Under the pieces are notes generated by a model. The model was not told where the DNA came from. It searched no databases and worked only from the letters and a program-made list of their open reading frames with translations. Shown piece by piece: positions 25,464 to 39,063 of a stretch of 64,000 nucleotides of DNA (within the stretch, counting starts at the first letter, position 1; every line of letters begins with the position of its first letter). The DNA comes from Chrysomallon squamiferum. Its lineage: Eukaryota; Animalia; Mollusca. A program made the translations under genes and the position numbers. The stretch spans positions 24,552,001-24,616,000 of the forward strand of contig CM022679.1 in assembly GCA_012295275.1 (NCBI GenBank), in the 5' to 3' direction.

Positions 25464-25765
25464 GCTGCTGCTGCTGCTGCTGCTTTTTGATTTCAGTATT
25501 ATTAGTATTATAATAATACATTTGTTTTCTTTATTTGTGTATTCAGTCAGTGAGTCAGTCAGTGAAATCATTTATTATTTACAGATTCGTTTCCAGGGAT
25601 ATGGAAATGGGGAGGAAAAAAAAAAAAAATGTATCTTTAAAAATAAATGAAATAAAATAGAATCAAAGAAAATATGGCAATTGTGTGCAGTCACTTTCAC
25701 GTGATTTGCATGGCCCTTAAAAGAGCCGCCGTTTCAAAGGCATAATTATGTGCTTTCGGCTCATT

Positions 25766-26068
25766 TCACTGCATGTATTCGTCATCGGATTCCGATTCGG
25801 GCGAAACGATTGACAATCGCATCCTCAGTTCGGCCACCGTTTCTGCTTTCCAGCAGGCGTATTCGTAGTAGGAATTACGCACACCCTCAACAGTGGCCAT
25901 TTTCAGGCGCAAGTTGTATCGGAACGATTTGTGGTTGTCCACTCTGGCTTTGTCGTATCGGAGTTGCAGGTCTTCCAGCTTGCTGTTCAGCATGACAATC
26001 TGCTCGCAGGCTCGTCTGAAGCGATTCTCTGTTTCGTAGAGTGCAGCGTACAGACTGAATTTCTCCAT
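25766..26068 (-). CDS. Orphan 100-aa protein, copy 9
   Basis: Same translation as copy 1. Confidence 0.8.
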   Translation of the reverse strand: MEKFSLYAALYETENRFRRACEQIVMLNSKLEDLQLRYDKARVDNHKSFRYNLRLKMATVEGVRNSYYEYACWKAETVAELRMRLSIVSPESESDDEYMQ

Positions 26069-26703
26069 AGTTTTCCAATGACTTTCTGTAAATTCCAATC
26101 AAAACTGAATGTGGAAGAAACAGAAGCGCCTACCTTATATTCCTAGTAATTATGACACGCACTAATACTCAATGCCATGTCAATTACATACACATCGTAA
26201 ACAAATCAGGCAGTACTCAAATGTCAGTCAATTAGCTGATCTAATAACAACGAGGAATGACGTAATCAATAGAAACAACAGTTAGCAAACCCGAACATAA
26301 CGGTAATTTATTCAAGTACTGCTGCTGTTACTTTTATGTTTAACCTCAACTGCTGATACTAACATCACAATTACTACCACTGCTAGATACACTTAGGAAA
26401 ATATGGAGACAGTGAGAGCGGAGAACTGTGGTGCACAAAGAGGACGAAATAGACGAAAAATTACTTGTAAATCCGACTGCATTTCTGTATTTCTTAACGA
26501 TGTAATAATAATAATGATAACAGTTAATAATAAGAAGCTCTAGAGCAAGCATAAATATTACGCATCACTGAAAATAATTTAGTAAACATCATTATGAAAT
26601 AAATGAATAAATCGATAAATCGATAAATTAATAAACAAACAAACAAATAAATAAATATTCCGGATCGCCGGACATAAATCAATAAAAATCGCACCTATTA
26701 ATC

Positions 26704-27001
26704 GCCGGGAGTTGTGGCGAGCTCCTGTAATCCAGCTACTTGGAAGCATAGGTCTGTGGACAGCTTGAGTTCGGGGGTTCTGCTCTCTGGTGCTCTGTGT
26801 TGATTGGATGTCCGCACTAAGCTCGGCATCGATATGGTTTAACTCGCGGAGGCGAGAGAAACCAGGTTGTCTAAGGAGGGACGTAATGGCCCAGGGCGGA
26901 AACGCAGCAGGCAAAAGTCTCCGTGTCGAGTAGTAGTGGGATCGCGTCCGAGAATAGGCACTGGTTAGCAGCCTAGACAATACAGCTGAACCTTACCTTT
27001 T
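26704..27001 (+). ncRNA. 7SL: 7SL (SRP) RNA, copy 9
   Basis: As copy 1. Confidence 0.95.
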
Positions 27002-27369
27002 ATCAGTTATTATTGTTATTTTCCTTTATGCTCTGAGATTTCCATCTAATCCTTTCGAAATAAAGCGACAAGTGAAACAGTTATTTTCATTGCAAGCTAA
27101 TGTTTTCTCTGTCGGAATGCTAGCTGCAAAAGAAAATTAGAATTATGGTGTTTTATTTCGTCATGTTCGCTAATGCGTTAGCTCCGCAGTATTATCCCTA
27201 TTTATTATTTCTTTTATTTCCCTTCCGGATGTGCATATCTCATATGATTAATATTTGTCCTCGATTGTTTGCAATAGCAGTCTCAATAAATTAGAACATT
27301 TATCCGAAACTAATATAATTAACAGAAAATATTTTGAAAGATTCGATAATAATAACAACAATAATTATC

Positions 27370-27400
<31 letters not shown>

Positions 27401-27402
27401 AA

Positions 27403-27522
27403 ATGTCTACAGCACTCGGTGTTCCCAGGCGGTCACCCATCCAAGTACTAACCGAGCCCTACGTTGCTTAACTTCGGTGATCGGACGAGAACCGGTGTTT
27501 TCAACGTGGTATGGCCGTAGAC
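27403..27522 (-). rRNA. 5S: 5S rRNA, copy 9
   Basis: As copy 1. Confidence 0.97.
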
Positions 27523-28024
27523 AACAGTACATCGAAAATAATCGTATACGTGAATAATTTTACGGCGTCAGGTTAACATGATTTCTTTCTTCTTTCGTCG
27601 TTCGTATTATTAGTTGTTTCCAATTCTTATTTCTCTTCGCTACTGAGAAAACAAAAATAAGCACGTCGATATAATCACGTGGTTGCACTCCGAATCATCG
27701 GTATATTTCACCGCGCTCGGGAGTCTTCGGCGAAAATGTGCATTCTCTATATTAAACGGATCAGCAATCGGAAACTGTATCAAGACCAGAACATACCTCC
27801 ACGTCAACTCCGTGTTATTCTTCTCGCGATAAAATCGCACTTATTTATACATGTATCAATAATCCACTGCCCTCTCTTATGCACTGAGTGCACGCCACAA
27901 ACAGTGACGTTATCTCATTTCATTGTCACTGAATACAGTAACGGCCCTTAGTGTTTCGAAGACGTTGTTGTTCACGTACGTTATTGCTGTTGTCGTTACA
28001 GGGAATTCCACTGGTACTATTATT

Positions 28025-28060
<36 letters not shown>

Positions 28061-28369
28061 ATTCTTGCTGCTGCTGCTGCTGCTGCCTTTGATTTCAGTA
28101 TTATTAGTATTATAATAATACATTTGTTTTCTTTATTTGTGTATTCAGTCAGTGAGTCAGTCAGTGAAATCATTTATTATTTACAGATTCGTTTCCAGGG
28201 ATATGGAAATGGGGAGGAAAAAAAAAAAAAAATGTATCTTTAAAAAATAAATGAAATAAAATAGAATCAAAGAAAATATGGCAATTGTGTGCAGTCACTT
28301 TCACGTGATTTGCATGGCCCTTAAAAGAGCCGCCGTTTCAAAGGCATAATTATGTGCTTTCGGCTCATT

Positions 28370-28672
28370 TCACTGCATGTATTCGTCATCGGATTCCGAT
28401 TCGGGCGAAACGATTGACAATCGCATCCTCAGTTCGGCCACCGTTTCTGCTTTCCAGCAGGCGTATTCGTAGTAGGAATTACGCACACCCTCAACAGTGG
28501 CCATTTTCAGGCGCAAGTTGTATCGGAACGATTTGTGGTTGTCCACTCTGGCTTTGTCGTATCGGAGTTGCAGGTCTTCCAGCTTGCTGTTCAGCATGAC
28601 AATCTGCTCGCAGGCTCGTCTGAAGCGATTCTCTGTTTCGTAGAGTGCAGCGTACAGACTGAATTTCTCCAT
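28370..28672 (-). CDS. Orphan 100-aa protein, copy 10
   Basis: Same translation as copy 1. Confidence 0.8.
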   Translation of the reverse strand: MEKFSLYAALYETENRFRRACEQIVMLNSKLEDLQLRYDKARVDNHKSFRYNLRLKMATVEGVRNSYYEYACWKAETVAELRMRLSIVSPESESDDEYMQ

Positions 28673-29310
28673 AGTTTTCCAATGACTTTCTGTAAATTCC
28701 AATCAAAACTGAATGTGGAAGAAACAGAAGCGCCTACCTTATATTCCTAGTAATTATGACACGCACTAATACTCAATGCCATGTCAATTACATACACATC
28801 GTAAACAAATCAGGCAGTACTCAAATGTCAGTCAATTAGCTGATCTAATAACAACGAGGAATGACGTAATCAATAGAAACAACAGTTAGCAAACCCGAAC
28901 ATAACGGTAATTTATTCAAGTACTGCTGCTGTTACTTTTATGTTTAACCTCAACTGCTGATACTAACATCACAATTACTACCACTGCTAGATACACTTAG
29001 GAAAATATGGAGACAGTGAGAGCGGAGAACTGTGGTGCACAAAGAGGACGAAATAGACGAAAAATTACTTGTAAATCCGACTGCATTTCTGTATTTCTTA
29101 ACGATGTAATAATAATAATGATAACAGTTAATAATAATAAGAAGCTCTAGAGCAAGCATAAATATTACGCATCACTGAAAATAATTTAGTAAACATCATT
29201 ATGAAATAAATGAATAAATCGATAAATCGATAAATTAATAAACAAACAAACAAATAAATAAATATTCCGGATCGCCGGACATAAATCAATAAAAATCGCA
29301 CCTATTAATC

Positions 29311-29608
29311 GCCGGGAGTTGTGGCGAGCTCCTGTAATCCAGCTACTTGGAAGCATAGGTCTGTGGACAGCTTGAGTTCGGGGTTCTGCTCTCTGGTGCT
29401 CTGTGTTGATTGGATGTCCGCACTAAGCTCGGCATCGATATGGTTTAACTCGCGGAGGCGAGAGAAACCAGGTTGTCTAAGGAGGGACGTAATGGCCCAG
29501 GGCGGAAACGCAGCAGGCAAAAGTCTCCGTGTCGAGTAGTAGTGGGATCGCGTCCGAGAATAGGCACTGGTTAGCAGCCTAGACAATACAGCTGAACCTT
29601 ACCTTTTT
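29311..29608 (+). ncRNA. 7SL: 7SL (SRP) RNA, copy 10
   Basis: As copy 1. Confidence 0.95.
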
Positions 29609-30010
29609 ATCAGTTATTATTGTTATTTTCCTTTATGCTCTGAGATTTCCATCTAATCCTTTCGAAATAAAGCGACAAGTGAAACAGTTATTTTCATTGC
29701 AAGCTAATGTTTTCTCTGTCGGAATGCTAGCTGCAAAAGAAAATTAGAATTATGGTGTTTTATTTCGTCATGTTCGCTAATGCGTTAGCTCCGCAGTATT
29801 ATCCCTATTTATTATTTCTTTTTATTTCCCTTCCGGATGTGCATATCTCATATGATTAATATTTGTCCTCGATTGTTTGCAATAGCAGTCTCAATAAATT
29901 AGAACATTTATCCGAAACTAATATAATTAACAGAAAATATTTTGAAAGATTCGATAATAATAACAACAATAATTATCAAAAAAAAAAAAAAAAAAAAAAA
30001 GGAAAATGAA

Positions 30011-30130
30011 ATGTCTACAGCACTCGGTGTTCCCAGGCGGTCACCCATCCAAGTACTAACCGAGCCCTACGTTGCTTAACTTCGGTGATCGGACGAGAAC
30101 CGGTGTTTTCAACGTGGTATGGCCGTAGAC
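30011..30130 (-). rRNA. 5S: 5S rRNA, copy 10
   Basis: As copy 1. Confidence 0.97.
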
Positions 30131-30630
30131 AACAGTACATCGAAAATAATCGTATACGTGAATAATTTTACGGCGTCAGGTTAACATGATTTCTTTCTTC
30201 TTTCGTCGTTCGTATTATTAGTTGTTTCCAATTCTTATTTCTTCGCTACTGAGAAAACAAAAATAAGCACGTCGATATAATCACGTGGTTGCACTCCGAA
30301 TCATCGGTATATTTCACCGCGCTCGGGAGTCTTCGGCGAAAATGTGCATTCTCTATATTAAACGGATCAGCAATCGGAAACTGTATCAAGACCAGAACAT
30401 ACCTCCACGTCAACTCCGTGTTATTCTTCTCGCGATAAAATCGCACTTATTTATACATGTATCAATAATCCACTGCCCTCTCTTATGCACTGAGTGCACG
30501 CCACAAACAGTGACGTTATCTCATTTCATTGTCACTGAATACAGTAACGGCCCTTAGTGTTTCGAAGACGTTGTTGTTCACGTACGTTATTGCTGTTGTC
30601 GTTACAGGGAATTCCACTGGTACTATTATT

Positions 30631-30666
<36 letters not shown>

Positions 30667-30969
30667 ATTCTTGCTGCTGCTGCTGCTGCCTTTGATTTCA
30701 GTATTATTAGTATTATAATAATACATTTGTTTTCTTTATTTGTGTATTCAGTCAGTGAGTCAGTCAGTGAAATCATTTATTATTTACAGATTCGTTTCCA
30801 GGGATATGGAAATGGGGAGGAAAAAAAAAAAAATGTATCTTTAAAAAAAATGAAAATAAAATAGAATCAAAGAAAATATGGCAATTGTGTGCAGTCACTT
30901 TCACGTGATTTGCATGGCCCTTAAAAGAGCCGCCGTTTCAAAGGCATAATTATGTGCTTTCGGCTCATT

Positions 30970-31273
30970 TCACTGCATGTATTCGTCATCGGATTCCGAT
31001 TCGGGCGAAACGATTGACAATCGCATCCTCAGTTCGGCCACCGTTTCTGCTTTCCAGCAGGCGTATTCGTAGTAGGAATTACGCACACCCTCAACAGTGG
31101 CCATTTTCAGGCGCAAGTTGTATCGGAACGATTTGTGGTTGTCCCACTCTGGCTTTGTCGTATCGGAGTTGCAGGTCTTCCAGCTTGCTGTTCAGCATGA
31201 CAATCTGCTCGCAGGCTCGTCTGAAGCGATTCTCTGTTTCGTAGAGTGCAGCGTACAGACTGAATTTCTCCAT
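30970..31273 (-). CDS. Orphan protein, copy 11; +1 frameshift near 31143 (sequencing error or pseudogene)
   Basis: gtcccactct instead of gtccactct. Confidence 0.6.
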
Positions 31274-31908
31274 AGTTTTCCAATGACTTTCTGTAAATTC
31301 CAATCAAAACTGAATGTGGAAGAAACAGAAGCGCCTACCTTATATTCCTAGTAATTATGACACGCACTAATACTCAATGCCATGTCAATTACATACACAT
31401 CGTAAACAAATCAGGCAGTACTCAAATGTCAGTCAATTAGCTGATCTAATAACAACGAGGAATGACGTAATCAATAGAAACAACAGTTAGCAAACCCGAA
31501 CATAACGGTAATTTATTCAAGTACTGCTGCTGTTACTTTTATGTTTAACCTCAACTGCTGATACTAACATCACAATTACTACCACTGCTAGATACACTTA
31601 GGAAAATATGGAGACAGTGAGAGCGGAGAACTGTGGTGCACAAAGAGGACGAAATAGACGAAAAATTACTTGTAAATCCGACTGCATTTCTGTATTTCTT
31701 AACGATGTAATAATAATAATGATAACAGTTAATAATAAGAAGCTCTAGAGCAAGCATAAATATTACGCATCACTGAAAATAATTTAGTAAACATCATTAT
31801 GAAATAAATGAATAAATCGATAAATCGATAAATTAATAAACAAACAAACAAATAAATAAATATTCCGGATCGCCGGACATAAATCAATAAAAATCGCACC
31901 TATTAATC

Positions 31909-32206
31909 GCCGGGAGTTGTGGCGAGCTCCTGTAATCCAGCTACTTGGAAGCATAGGTCTGTGGACAGCTTGAGTTCGGGGGTTCTGCTCTCTGGTGCTC
32001 TGTGTTGATTGGATGTCCGCACTAAGCTCGGCATCGATATGGTTTAACTCGCGGAGGCGAGAGAAACCAGGTTGTCTAAGGAGGGACGTAATGGCCCAGG
32101 GCGGAAACGCAGCAGGCAAAAGTCTCCGTGTCGAGTAGTAGTGGGATCGCGTCCGAGAATAGGCACTGGTTAGCAGCCTAGACAATACAGCTGAACCTTA
32201 CCTTTT
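31909..32206 (+). ncRNA. 7SL: 7SL (SRP) RNA, copy 11
   Basis: As copy 1. Confidence 0.95.
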
Positions 32207-32612
32207 ATCAGTTATTATTGTTATTTTCCTTTATGCTCTGAGATTTCCATCTAATCCTTTCGAAATAAAGCGACAAGTGAAACAGTTATTTTCATTGCAA
32301 GCTAATGTTTTCTCTGTCGGAATGCTAGCTGCAAAAGAAAATTAGAATTATGGTGTTTTATTTCGTCATGTTCGCTAATGCGTTAGCTCCGCAGTATTAT
32401 CCCTATTTATTATTTCTTTTTATTTCCCTTCCGGATGTGCATATCTCATATGATTAATATTTGTCCTCGATTGTTTGCAATAGCAGTCTCAATAAATTAG
32501 AACATTTATCCGAAACTAATATAATTAACAGAAAATATTTTGAAAGATTCGATAATAATAACAACAATAATTATCAAAAAAAAAAAAAAAAAAAAAAAAA
32601 AAGGAAAATGAA

Positions 32613-32732
32613 ATGTCTACAGCACTCGGTGTTCCCAGGCGGTCACCCATCCAAGTACTAACCGAGCCCTACGTTGCTTAACTTCGGTGATCGGACGAGA
32701 ACCGGTGTTTTCAACGTGGTATGGCCGTAGAC
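32613..32732 (-). rRNA. 5S: 5S rRNA, copy 11
   Basis: As copy 1. Confidence 0.97.
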
Positions 32733-33236
32733 AACAGTACATCGAAAATAATCGTATACGTGAATAATTTTACGGCGTCAGGTTAACATGATTTCTTTCT
32801 TCTTTCGTCGTTCGTATTATTAGTTGTTTCCAATTCTTATTTCTTCGCTACTGAGAAAACAAAAATAAGCACGTCGATATAATCACGTGGTTGCACTCCG
32901 AATCATCGGTATATTTCACCGCGCTCGGGAGTCTTCGGCGAAAATGTGCATTCTCTATATTAAACGGATCAGCAATCGGAAACTGTATCAAGACCAGAAC
33001 ATACCTCCACGTCAACTCCGTGTTATTCTTCTCGCGATAAAATCGCACTTATTTATACATGTATCAATAATCCACTGCCCTCTCTTATGCACTGAGTGCA
33101 CGCCACAAACAGTGACGTTATCTCATTTCATTGTCACTGAATGAATACAGTAACGGCCCTTAGTGTTTCGAAGACGTTGTTGTTCACGTACGTTATTGCT
33201 GTTGTCGTTACAGGGAATTCCACTGGTACTATTATT

Positions 33237-33272
<36 letters not shown>

Positions 33273-33573
33273 CTTTCTTGCTGCTGCTGCTGCTGCCTTT
33301 GATTTCAGTATTATTAGTATTATAATAATACATTTGTTTTCTTTATTTGTGTATTCAGTCAGTGAGTCAGTCAGTGAAATCATTTATTATTTACAGATTC
33401 GTTTCCAGGGATATGGAAATGGGGAGGAAAAAAAAAAAAAATCTTTAAAAATAAATGAAATAAAATAGAATCAAAGAAAATATGGCAATTGTGTGCAGTC
33501 ACTTTCACGTGATTTGCATGGCCCTTAAAAGAGCCGCCGTTTCAAAGGCATAATTATGTGCTTTCGGCTCATT

Positions 33574-33878
33574 TCACTGCATGTATTCGTCATCGGATTC
33601 CGATTCGGGCGAAACGATTGACAATCGCATCCTCAGTTCGGCCACCGTTCTGCTGCTTTCCAGCAGGCGTATTCGTAGTAGGAATTACGCACACCCTCAA
33701 CAGTGGCCATTTTCAGGCGCAAGTTGTATCGGAACGATTTGTGGTTGTCCACTCTGGCTTTGTCGTATCGGAGTTGCAGGTCTTCCAGCTTGCTGTTCAG
33801 CATGACAATCTGCTCGCAGGCTCGTCTGAAGCGATTCTCTGTTTCGTAGAGTGCAGCGTACAGACTGAATTTCTCCAT
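33574..33878 (-). CDS. Orphan protein, copy 12; +2 frameshift near 33650 (sequencing error or pseudogene)
   Basis: cgttctgctgctttc instead of cgtttctgctttc. Confidence 0.6.
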
Positions 33879-34513
33879 AGTTTTCCAATGACTTTCTGTA
33901 AATTCCAATCAAAACTGAATGTGGAAGAAACAGAAGCGCCTACCTTATATTCCTAGTAATTATGACACGCACTAATACTCAATGCCATGTCAATTACATA
34001 CACATCGTAAACAAATCAGGCAGTACTCAAATGTCAGTCAATTAGCTGATCTAATAACAACGAGGAATGACGTAATCAATAGAAACAACAGTTAGCAAAC
34101 CCGAACATAACGGTAATTTATTCAAGTACTGCTGCTGTTACTTTTATGTTTAACCTCAACTGCTGATACTAACATCACAATTACTACCACTGCTAGATAC
34201 ACTTAGGAAAATATGGAGACAGTGAGAGCGGAGAACTGTGGTGCACAAAGAGGACGAAATAGACGAAAAATTACTTGTAAATCCGACTGCATTTCTGTAT
34301 TTCTTAACGATGTAATAATAATAATGATAACAGTTAATAATAAGAAGCTCTAGAGCAAGCATAAATATTACGCATCACTGAAAATAATTTAGTAAACATC
34401 ATTATGAAATAAATGAATAAATCGATAAATCGATAAATTAATAAACAAACAAACAAATAAATAAATATTCCGGATCGCCGGACATAAATCAATAAAAATC
34501 GCACCTATTAATC

Positions 34514-34810
34514 GCCGGGAGTTGTGGCGAGCTCCTGTAATCCAGCTACTTGGAAGCATAGGTCTGTGGACAGCTTGAGTTCGGGGTTCTGCTCTCTGGT
34601 GCTCTGTGTTGATTGGATGTCCGCACTAAGCTCGGCATCGATATGGTTTAACTCGCGGAGGCGAGAGAAACCAGGTTGTCTAAGGAGGGACGTAATGGCC
34701 CAGGGCGGAAACGCAGCAGGCAAAAGTCTCCGTGTCGAGTAGTAGTGGGATCGCGTCCGAGAATAGGCACTGGTTAGCAGCCTAGACAATACAGCTGAAC
34801 CTTACCTTTT
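34514..34810 (+). ncRNA. 7SL: 7SL (SRP) RNA, copy 12
   Basis: As copy 1. Confidence 0.95.
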
Positions 34811-35209
34811 ATCAGTTATTATTGTTATTTTCCTTTATGCTCTGAGATTTCCATCTAATCCTTTCGAAATAAAGCGACAAGTGAAACAGTTATTTTCATT
34901 GCAAGCTAATGTTTTCTCTGTCGGAATGCTAGCTGCAAAAGAAAATTAGAATTATGGTGTTTTATTTCGTCATGTTCGCTAATGCGTTAGCTCCGCAGTA
35001 TTATCCCTATTTATTATTTCTTTTTATTTCCCTTCCGGATGTGCATATCTCATATGATTAATATTTGTCCTCGATTGTTTGCAATAGCAGTCTCAATAAA
35101 TTAGAACATTTATCCGAAACTAATATAATTAACAGAAAATATTTTGAAAGATTCGATAATAATAACAACAATAATTATCAAAAAAAAAAAAAAAAAAAAG
35201 GAAAATGAA

Positions 35210-35329
35210 ATGTCTACAGCACTCGGTGTTCCCAGGCGGTCACCCATCCAAGTACTAACCGAGCCCTACGTTGCTTAACTTCGGTGATCGGACGAGAACC
35301 GGTGTTTTCAACGTGGTATGGCCGTAGAC
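35210..35329 (-). rRNA. 5S: 5S rRNA, copy 12
   Basis: As copy 1. Confidence 0.97.
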
Positions 35330-35829
35330 AACAGTACATCGAAAATAATCGTATACGTGAATAATTTTACGGCGTCAGGTTAACATGATTTCTTTCTTCT
35401 TTCGTCGTTCGTATTATTAGTTGTTTCCAATTCTTATTTCTTCGCTACTGAGAAAACAAAAATAAGCACGTCGATATAATCACGTGGTTGCACTCCGAAT
35501 CATCGGTATATTTCACCGCGCTCGGGAGTCTTCGGCGAAAATGTGCATTCTCTATATTAAACGGATCAGCAATCGGAAACTGTATCAAGACCAGAACATA
35601 CCTCCACGTCAACTCCGTGTTATTCTTCTCGCGATAAAATCGCACTTATTTATACATGTATCAATAATCCACTGCCCTCTCTTATGCACTGAGTGCACGC
35701 CACAAACAGTGACGTTATCTCATTTCATTGTCACTGAATACAGTAACGGCCCTTAGTGTTTCGAAGACGTTGTTGTTCACGTACGTTATTGCTGTTGTCG
35801 TTACAGGGAATTCCACTGGTACTATTATT

Positions 35830-35871
<42 letters not shown>

Positions 35872-36173
35872 ATTCTTGCTGCTGCTGCTGCTGCCTTTGA
35901 TTTCAGTATTATTAGTATTATAATAATACATTTGTTTTCTTTATTTGTGTATTCAGTCAGTGAGTCAGTCAGTGAAATCATTTATTATTTACAGATTCGT
36001 TTCCAGGGATATGGAAATGGGGAGGAAAAAAAAAAATGTATCTTTAAAAAATAAATGAAATAAAATAGAATCAAAGAAAATATGGCAATTGTGTGCAGTC
36101 ACTTTCACGTGATTTGCATGGCCCTTAAAAGAGCCGCCGTTTCAAAGGCATAATTATGTGCTTTCGGCTCATT

Positions 36174-36476
36174 TCACTGCATGTATTCGTCATCGGATTC
36201 CGATTCGGGCGAAACGATTGACAATCGCATCCTCAGTTCGGCCACCGTTTCTGCTTTCCAGCAGGCGTATTCGTAGTAGGAATTACGCACACCCTCAACA
36301 GTGGCCATTTTCAGGCGCAAGTTGTATCGGAACGATTTGTGGTTGTCCACTCTGGCTTTGTCGTATCGGAGTTGCAGGTCTTCCAGCTTGCTGTTCAGCA
36401 TGACAATCTGCTCGCAGGCTCGTCTGAAGCGATTCTCTGTTTCGTAGAGTGCAGCGTACAGACTGAATTTCTCCAT
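36174..36476 (-). CDS. Orphan 100-aa protein, copy 13
   Basis: Same translation as copy 1. Confidence 0.8.
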   Translation of the reverse strand: MEKFSLYAALYETENRFRRACEQIVMLNSKLEDLQLRYDKARVDNHKSFRYNLRLKMATVEGVRNSYYEYACWKAETVAELRMRLSIVSPESESDDEYMQ

Positions 36477-37111
36477 AGTTTTCCAATGACTTTCTGTAAA
36501 TTCCAATCAAAACTGAATGTGGAAGAAACAGAAGCGCCTACCTTATATTCCTAGTAATTATGACACGCACTAATACTCAATGCCATGTCAATTACATACA
36601 CATCGTAAACAAATCAGGCAGTACTCAAATGTCAGTCAATTAGCTGATCTAATAACAACGAGGAATGACGTAATCAATAGAAACAACAGTTAGCAAACCC
36701 GAACATAACGGTAATTTATTCAAGTACTGCTGCTGTTACTTTTATGTTTAACCTCAACTGCTGATACTAACATCACAATTACTACCACTGCTAGATACAC
36801 TTAGGAAAATATGGAGACAGTGAGAGCGGAGAACTGTGGTGCACAAAGAGGACGAAATAGACGAAAAATTACTTGTAAATCCGACTGCATTTCTGTATTT
36901 CTTAACGATGTAATAATAATAATGATAACAGTTAATAATAAGAAGCTCTAGAGCAAGCATAAATATTACGCATCACTGAAAATAATTTAGTAAACATCAT
37001 TATGAAATAAATGAATAAATCGATAAATCGATAAATTAATAAACAAACAAACAAATAAATAAATATTCCGGATCGCCGGACATAAATCAATAAAAATCGC
37101 ACCTATTAATC

Positions 37112-37409
37112 GCCGGGAGTTGTGGCGAGCTCCTGTAATCCAGCTACTTGGAAGCATAGGTCTGTGGACAGCTTGAGTTCGGGGGTTCTGCTCTCTGGTG
37201 CTCTGTGTTGATTGGATGTCCGCACTAAGCTCGGCATCGATATGGTTTAACTCGCGGAGGCGAGAGAAACCAGGTTGTCTAAGGAGGGACGTAATGGCCC
37301 AGGGCGGAAACGCAGCAGGCAAAAGTCTCCGTGTCGAGTAGTAGTGGGATCGCGTCCGAGAATAGGCACTGGTTAGCAGCCTAGACAATACAGCTGAACC
37401 TTACCTTTT
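37112..37409 (+). ncRNA. 7SL: 7SL (SRP) RNA, copy 13
   Basis: As copy 1. Confidence 0.95.
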
Positions 37410-37810
37410 ATCAGTTATTATTGTTATTTTCCTTTATGCTCTGAGATTTCCATCTAATCCTTTCGAAATAAAGCGACAAGTGAAACAGTTATTTTCATTG
37501 CAAGCTAATGTTTTCTCTGTCGGAATGCTAGCTGCAAAAGAAAATTAGAATTATGGTGTTTTATTTCGTCATGTTCGCTAATGCGTTAGCTCCGCAGTAT
37601 TATCCCTATTTATTATTTCTTTTTATTTCCCTTCCGGATGTGCATATCTCATATGATTAATATTTGTCCTCGATTGTTTGCAATAGCAGTCTCAATAAAT
37701 TAGAACATTTATCCGAAACTAATATAATTAACAGAAAATATTTTGAAAGATTCGATAATAATAATAACAATAATTATCAAAAAAAAAAAAAAAAAAATAA
37801 GGAAAATGAA

Positions 37811-37930
37811 ATGTCTACAGCACTCGGTGTTCCCAGGCGGTCACCCATCCAAGTACTAACCGAGCCCTACGTTGCTTAACTTCGGTGATCGGACGAGAAC
37901 CGGTGTTTTCAACGTGGTATGGCCGTAGAC
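37811..37930 (-). rRNA. 5S: 5S rRNA, copy 13
   Basis: As copy 1. Confidence 0.97.
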
Positions 37931-38760
37931 AACAGTACATCGAAAATAATCGTATACGTGAATAATTTTACGGCGTCAGGTTAACATGATTTCTTTCTTC
38001 TTTCGTCGTTCGTATTATTAGTTGTTTCCAATTCTAATTTCTTCGCTACTGAGAAAGCAAAAATAAGCACGTCGATATAATCACGTGGTTGCACTCCGAA
38101 TCATCGGTATATTTCACCGCGCTCGGGAGTCTTCGGCGAAAATGTGCATTCTCTATATTAAACGGATCAACAATCGGAAACTGTATCAAGACCAGAACAT
38201 ACCTCCACCTCAACTCCGTGTTATTCTTCTCGCGATAAAATCGCACTTATTTATACATGTATCAATAATCCACTGCCCTCTCTTATGCACTGAGTGCACG
38301 CCACAAACAGAGACGTTATCTCATTTCATTGTCACTGAATACAGCAACGTGCCCTTAGTGTTTCGAAGACGTTGTTGTTCACGTACGTTCCTGCTGTTGT
38401 CGTTAAAGGAAATTCCACTGTTACCATAATTATTGTTGTTGTTGTTGTTGTTGTTGTTGTTATTCTTGCTGCTGCTGCTGCTGTCTTTGATTTCAGTATT
38501 ATTAGTATTATAATAATACATTTGTTTTCTTTATTTGTGTATTCAGTCAGTGAGTCTGTCAGTGAAATCATTTATTATTCACAGATTCATTTCCATGGAT
38601 ATGGTAATGGGGATGAACAAATATGTATCTTTAAAAAATAAATGAAATAAATTAGAATCAAAGATAATATGGCAATTGTGTGCAGTCACTTTCGCGTGAT
38701 TTGCATGGCCCTTAAAAGAGCCGCCGTTTCAAAGGCATAATTATGTGCTTTCGGCTCATT

Positions 38761-39063
38761 TTACTGCATGTATTCGTCATCGGATTCCGATTCGGGCGAA
38801 AGGATCGCCAATCGCGTCGTTAGTTCGGCCACCGTTTCTGCTTTCCAGCAGGCGTATTCGTAGTAGGAATTACGAACACCCTCCACGGTGGCCATTTTCA
38901 GGCGCAAGTTGTATCGGAACGATTTGTGGTTGTTCGCACTGGCTTTGTCATATCGGAGTTGGATGTCTTCCAGCTTGCTGTTCAGCATGACAATCTGCTT
39001 GCAGGCTCGTCTGAAGCGATTCTCCGTTTCGTACAGTTCAGCGTACAGACTGAATTTCTCCAT
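38761..39063 (-). CDS. Orphan 100-aa protein, diverged terminal copy 14 (10 aa differences)
   Basis: Intact frame, several synonymous changes, stop TGA->TAA, stem-loop at 38707-38722 unchanged. Confidence 0.8.
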   Translation of the reverse strand: MEKFSLYAELYETENRFRRACKQIVMLNSKLEDIQLRYDKASANNHKSFRYNLRLKMATVEGVRNSYYEYACWKAETVAELTTRLAILSPESESDDEYMQ

